Assembly (NCBI GenBank): GCA_951406725.2
Contig: OX597835.1
Location: forward strand, 46,562,001 to 46,626,000
DNA length: 64,000 nt
Reading direction: 5' to 3'
Origin: Octopus vulgaris
Lineage: Eukaryota
Part shown: positions 58,429 to 64,000 of the stretch, in pieces
Position numbering within the stretch: position 1 is the first letter of the stretch
How the letters are laid out: each line of letters starts with the position of its first letter
Made by a program: the position numbers and the translations under genes
Notes under the pieces: generated by a model
Told to the model about the DNA's origin: nothing
Database searches by the model: none
What the model saw: the letters and a program-made list of their open reading frames with translations, nothing else

Positions 58429-58991
58429 TACTACTATTATTATCATTGTTCAGATGCTGCTAAAGTCAGCTTTGCCCTTCATCTTTTCTGGGTCGATAAA
58501 ATAAGTACCAGTTATGCACTGGGGTCGATGTAATTTAATTTCCCCCTCCCCTCAAAAATTGCTGGCTTTGTGCCAAAACTTGAAACATTACTATTGTTAT
58601 TATCATCATCATCATCATCATCATCATTATTATGATTATTATTATTATTATCATCATCATCATTATTATTATTTGGAAGGTAGCGAGCTGGCAGAATTGT
58701 TAGCATGCCGGGCAAATTGCTTTACTGGCATTTCATCCGTCTTTACGTTCTGAGTTCAAATTCCGCTGAGGTTGACTTTGCGTTTCATCCTTTCGGGGTC
58801 AATTAAATAAATACCAGTTACACATTGGCATCACCCCCTCCCCGTAAATTTTAGGCTTTGTGCCTTTAGTAGAAAGGATTATCATTATTATTATTATTAT
58901 CATCATCATCATCATCATATCATCATCATCATCATTATTATTATTATTATTATTATCATTATTATTATTATTATTATTATTATCATTATTA

Positions 58992-59022
<31 letters not shown>

Positions 59023-59083
59023 TATTATCATCATCATCATCATCATATCATCATCATCATCATTATTATTATTATTATTATTA

Positions 59084-59120
<37 letters not shown>

Positions 59121-59125
59121 CATCA

Positions 59126-59156
<31 letters not shown>

Positions 59157-59642
59157 CATCATTATTATTATTATTAGTGAGCTGGCAGAATTGTTAGCAT
59201 ACCATGCAAAGTGCTTAGCAGCATTTCTTTATAATCTGAACTAAAATCCTGTCAAGGTGGACTTTGCCATTCGTCCCTTCAGAAACAGTAAATAACCAGA
59301 TTCATTAGCACAGGGGATAAAATGCATCATGGCATTTGTGCCGAATCTCTATGTTCTGAGTTCACATCCTGCTCAGATTATCGTTGCCCTCCATCCTTTT
59401 GAGGTCAATAAAAAAGCACTGATACAAGGCAGTCAATGAGCAGAACTGTTGGAGGGTCTGGCAAGATGCCTTCTTGTATCTGCTCCGGCTGCTGTCATCT
59501 GATAGCAACATCTACGATGTCACAGGTGCCATGTGGTATCAACCCAAGTTATCAACCTTTCGTTTGCAATGGAGGGAGGTGACGTGTAAGCATGCACAGC
59601 TGTCGGTTTGCTGAAAAAAAAAAAGAAGATATCTTGCTCGTA

Positions 59643-59988
59643 TAGGTGCAAGGGTGACTGTGTGGTAAGTAGCTTACTTACCAGCCACATGGTTCCAAGT
59701 TCAGTCCCACTGCATGGCATCTTCGGCCAACCAAAGCCGTGTGAATGGATTTGGTTGACGGAAACTGAAAGACGCCTGTCATGTGTTTGTGTGTGTTTGT
59801 CCCCCCACCATTGCTTGACAATTGATGCTGGTGGGTTTACATCCCTGTAACCTAGCAGTTCAGCAAAAAAGACTGATAGAATAAGTACTAGGCATACAAA
59901 GAATAAGTCCTGGAGTTGATTTGTTCAACTAAAGGCAGTGCTCCGGCATGACCGCAGTCAAATGGCTGAAACTAATAAAAGAATAAAA
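59643..59988 (+). mobile_element. SINE family A copy
   Basis: Homologous to 223-627. Confidence 0.85.
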
Positions 59989-60086
59989 GAACACATGTAC
60001 ATATACATGCTGACACGTGGGCAACCTTGAAGGGCTGGGGTGACGTAGATAAAAGTAGTCCTAGGAATTTCAGACAACCCATGCTT

Positions 60087-60625
60087 AATTGTGAGTGACT
60101 CTTGCTGCTTCTCGACTCATAACTAATTGAATAGTGACTCCTACTATCCCTTAACACATAACTAATTGATGAATGACTCTTCATGTCCCTTGACTCATAA
60201 CTAACTGTCCCTTAGCTCACAACAAATGTCCTCCCATCTCACAACAAATGGTGACTGACTCTTGCTGTCCCTCAACTCACAATAAATGATGAATGACTCT
60301 CACTATTCCTCAGCTTATCCTCAATCAATGATTGACTCCCACTATCCCTCAACTCTTAACTAATTGATTAGGGCTTTTTAATGTGTCTTTTAAATGCATA
60401 ACTGATTGATGAGTGACTCTTGCTACCCCTCAGCTTACACTTGATGGTTGAGCGATTCCTGGTGTCCTTTGATTCATAACTGATCAATGAGTACCTCTTG
60501 CTGAACCTCAGTGCATACCTAATTGCTGAGCAATTCTTGCTCTTCCTCAGCTCAAACCTAACTCCTAAGTGACTCTCGCTCAAGCTCAACTCTTACATAA
60601 TTTATGAGTGACTCTCTCATTGACC
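60087..60625. repeat. Degenerate ~39-bp tandem minisatellite (about 13 units)
   Basis: Approximate consensus aattgatgagtgactcttgctatccctcaactcataact. Confidence 0.8.
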
Positions 60626-60716
60626 CACTACCTCAAACATATTTATTTGTTTCATTCTTTCTCGATTTTTCTGATAAAAACTTCAAATATGACCTTTTGT
60701 TCATATCCCTCAACAG

Positions 60717-60777
60717 GTATACGGCAAGCAAAACAGAAAGGGGCCAGCTACAGGGTAGGACCAGAACTAGAAATCAC
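60717..60777 (+). CDS. NADSYN1: Glutamine-dependent NAD(+) synthetase, coding exon 2
   Basis: Acceptor ccctcaacAG and donor GTAAGT; 61 nt, in frame with exon 1. Reads (S)IRQAKQKGASYRVGPELEI(T), containing the GPELE catalytic-Glu motif of the nitrilase-fold glutaminase domain. Confidence 0.96.
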
Positions 60778-60895
60778 GTAAGTAATTCCGTTACCATTTG
60801 AAATGCAAGACTCTTTTTTCATCCATTATAGTTCATTGCCTTATTGCCCCGTTCATTTTTGTCTTGGTCAGAGGTGGGTGCCAAAACAAGGTGTG

Positions 60896-60968
<73 letters not shown>

Positions 60969-61818
60969 ACACACACATACACACATAATGAGGAAGTTGA
61001 AATTACCATAGCCGTCAGTCTACGCAACCACAAATGGCATCGTGCATTTACATGCATTATTTGCACTGCATATCTTAGTAACAATGCCAAACTTTTGAGT
61101 GATTCTCTTCTTAATTAGCTTAAAGCTTCAAGTTACCCTCAGCTCTGGCTACAACAGGTGAGAGAACCGAGAGCATCAGTTATAGTATGAGACATAAACA
61201 CAAATCCATTTCAATTGAAATTAGAACGGCTGCAAACAAATGACCGTGATGCTTCACTACCTAAGCTGTATGGTATCAAAGGCATTGGTTCTTCTAGTGT
61301 TAAGCACTTGATGTTATGAAGCAGGCGGAAGGCGGCGAGCTGGCAGAATCGTTAGCACACTGGACAAAATGCTTAGTTCTGAGTTCAAATTCTGCCACGG
61401 TCAACTTTGCCTTTTATGATTTTGGGGGTTGATAAATTAAGTACCAGTTACATATTGGGTGTCAGTCTAATCAACTGGTCCCCTCCCCCCAAATTTCAGG
61501 CCTTGTGCCTATAATAGAAAGGATTATGAAGCAGAGGAACAAAACAAGGGATGACTCTGCAAAAAAGTTAATCCGTCGAGGTTATTGGATGAAGCTCAAC
61601 AGAAACTCATTTTGCACCAAAGGTCAATGTGAGAGTTTCTCTCGTGCTCCCTAATGCAGTATAATTTGTTCTAACACAACATCCACTATTAAAGGTGGGG
61701 GGATTGATATTACCTCTTGATATTAATACTGCTTCTGTGGCTAATGTGTGTGTGCGTGCGCAGGCACACACACACACACACACACACATACATTTATATG
61801 ATTTTTCTGTTATTGCAG

Positions 61819-61935
61819 TGGCTATAGCTGTGCTGATCACTTCTTGGAAGAAGACACATTCCAGCATTCTTTGGAAGTTCTGTCTGAGATAATGACCCAC
61901 AGTGACTGTCAGAAAATAGTCTGTGATGTTGGAAT
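61819..61935 (+). CDS. NADSYN1: Glutamine-dependent NAD(+) synthetase, coding exon 3 (gene continues beyond the window)
   Basis: Acceptor ttattgcAG and donor GTAAGT; 117 nt, in frame. Reads (T)GYSCADHFLEEDTFQHSLEVLSEIMTHSDCQKIVCDVG(M); compare human CGYGCWDHYYESDTLLHS...IICDVGM. Confidence 0.96.
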
Positions 61936-62029
61936 GTAAGTCCATTATTTATTTATCTCTTATCACTGATCATTATATATTCTGCTTTATTGTTACTATT
62001 ATCTTTCAGCTCCAGCTGATAAATTTAAA

Positions 62030-62423
62030 TCTTTATATATAAAAGAAAGGTTGTGTGTCTGTCTCCTACGATTTAGATCCCTAACTACTCCCACATTTTG
62101 CGGTGCAGTTTAACCAAAACCGGGTATCTTATAGTCGTGATTCATATCGAGCCCTTCTGGGTATTAGCACGCGTCTATGATGAGTCTATGATTTTAAAAA
62201 TAATTTACCATCATTTTTTCCATTTTCATGCATATTTTTTTTAATATAAGGGAAGTAACTCTCTAAAAATGTCTACGATGAGTCAACGATTTTAAAAAAA
62301 ATTTACCATAATTTTCTTTCCATTTTTAATGCATTTTTTGCTATATTTTGGCTATAACTCTCTAAAAATGCTTTATAGTTATTTCCCTTACAAACCCGAG
62401 CAACGCCGGGAGATACTGCTAGT
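62030..62423 (+). mobile_element. Non-autonomous Helitron in NADSYN1 intron 3
   Basis: Inserted between A and T; 5' TC; subterminal hairpin cccgagcaacgccggg; 3' CTAG; no TSD. Confidence 0.9.
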
Positions 62424-62579
62424 TTAATATAAAACATTAAAATATAGTTGTACACAATAACATTCAACATATTTACATGCCTGCACATGTGGGAAGTCCT
62501 CCACCATGTGAACTGTCTCCGATGTCTCCTTATAAACAATGCACACAGAACTGTGCTATGAACAACGTCATCACACTCT

Positions 62580-62775
62580 TTTACTTGTTTCAGTCATTTG
62601 ACACTGGCCATGCTGGAGCAATGCTTTTAGTTGAGCAAGTCAACCCCAGGACTTATTCTTTGTAAGCCTAGTACTTATTCTATAAGTCTCTTTTGCTGAA
62701 CCGCTAAGTTACGGGGACGTAAACACTCCAGCATCGGTTGTCAAGCGACGTTGGGAGGACAAATGCAGACACACA

Positions 62776-62838
<63 letters not shown>

Positions 62839-63008
62839 ATATATACGACGGGCTTCTTTCAGTTTCTGTCTACCAAACCCACCCACAAGGCTTTGGTTGG
62901 CCCAAGGCTATAGTAGAAGACACTTGCCCAAGGTGCCACGCAGTGGGACTGAACCCGGAACCATGTGGTTTGCAAGCAAGCTACTTACCACACAGCCATT
63001 CCTGCATC
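62580..63008 (-). mobile_element. SINE family A copy
   Basis: Reverse complement of the 223-627 family. Confidence 0.85.
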
Positions 63009-63119
63009 TATTGGTGACATGTTTCTGCATCATCACTCTTCACCAGCTACAGACGTCAACTCCATCATTCCCTTGACATTATTATATCTAAACAGCAAAT
63101 AAGGAATTTTCTGATGTGT

Positions 63120-63724
63120 GCAAAACTTTGTGAAGCTGAACATGATTAATTAAATGCACAAAGAATGTAAGAACAGCAGTTTTAGGTGGACTATAAACGA
63201 TAGATTAAATGTCCATAGCTGATAAAGCCTAAAAACTCAGAAATATATGTCCTAGAGTCTGATGACATCCTTCAAAACCTAATCGCTTGCTTTTCATATA
63301 TGTTGTCAGAAGAATTTCTCTCCTAACGCTATTTCTATGGCAATGGTCTTTCCATGTTCAACTGCACAAGAACATGTTAAAAATAATTGTACACACCTAT
63401 AATTCAATCGTTTCTACTTAGTGTGCTTCTAATAAATTAATTTCAAGTCGACAGAACTTTGCACACATCAGCAGATATTTTATTTGCTATCTGAATATAA
63501 AGAACAGCAGTTCTTAGTGAGCTCTAAATGGCAGGTTCGGTGTCCATAGCTGATAAAACATAACAACAAAGGAACACTTGTCCTACAGATCAATAACATC
63601 ATTCATAGCCCATTGTTGTGTTTGGCTGCTATTTGCATACATTGCTTATTAGCAGAATTTCCCTCTCAAAACAGTTTCTGCAGCAAAGGCCCACCCACGT
63701 TTGTGTGGATACAAACATGTTAAG
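63120..63724. repeat. Old tandem duplication, period about 331-343 bp
   Basis: Shared colinear anchors agaacagcagtt (63170/63501), tgtccatagctgataaa (63210/63541), agaatttc and aacatgttaa. Confidence 0.7.
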
Positions 63725-64000
63725 CCCTTAGCATTCAGGTTGTTCCTGTCAAATGTAATGTTTGTTCATTCTCATTGTTTTGAATTAATCCTGAATAATC
63801 TTATAGCTTCGACAGTTGGATAATGGTGATGGTTTATTTTTAGAATGACATTGTAGAGTAGGTGTGAGGGGCCAGATTTAGCAGGTGGAATATTTTGGCT
63901 GGATTTGACTGGTTCAAATGCTAAAAGATTAAATATAATTCTGAACACCTTTAGCTTAGTCATCACCGCTTGGCATACCTGCAACTAATTAAATCAATTA

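Noticed and set aside
60087-60625. CRISPR-like array
   Set aside because: Units are contiguous and degenerate with no unique spacers; the context is a eukaryotic intron with no cas genes.
63150-63175. atgcacaaagaatgtaag as NADSYN1 exon 4 (MHKNV-like)
   Set aside because: No suitable acceptor, the frame does not give PVMH..V.YNCR, and it lies inside the tandem duplication. Exon 4 is probably beyond the window.

Overview
This is repeat-dense, AT-rich animal DNA. The SINE families and microsatellite load are most consistent with an octopus (coleoid cephalopod) genome; this assignment is by recognition, not by search. One host gene is clearly readable: the first three coding exons of glutamine-dependent NAD+ synthetase (NADSYN1, + strand, 54712-61935), with a possible divergently transcribed gene starting about 400 bp upstream. 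The rest is microsatellite plus decayed mobile DNA: tRNA-derived SINEs, an L1/Tx1-type LINE, RTE, CR1/Jockey-like and R4/Dong-like fragments, Tc1/mariner, pogo-type and hAT elements, and Helitrons. The most interesting unannotated signal is about 15 hammerhead-ribozyme-like motifs from at least 6 unrelated non-coding repeat families. Most sit in long inverted-repeat (fold-back) insertions within (TA)n tracts, the architecture of Penelope-like retroelement derivatives. One family joins a Pol III tRNA-like head to a hammerhead-bearing tail. Almost all ORFs in the supplied track are microsatellite artefacts. Coordinates were read by eye and may be off by a few bases.
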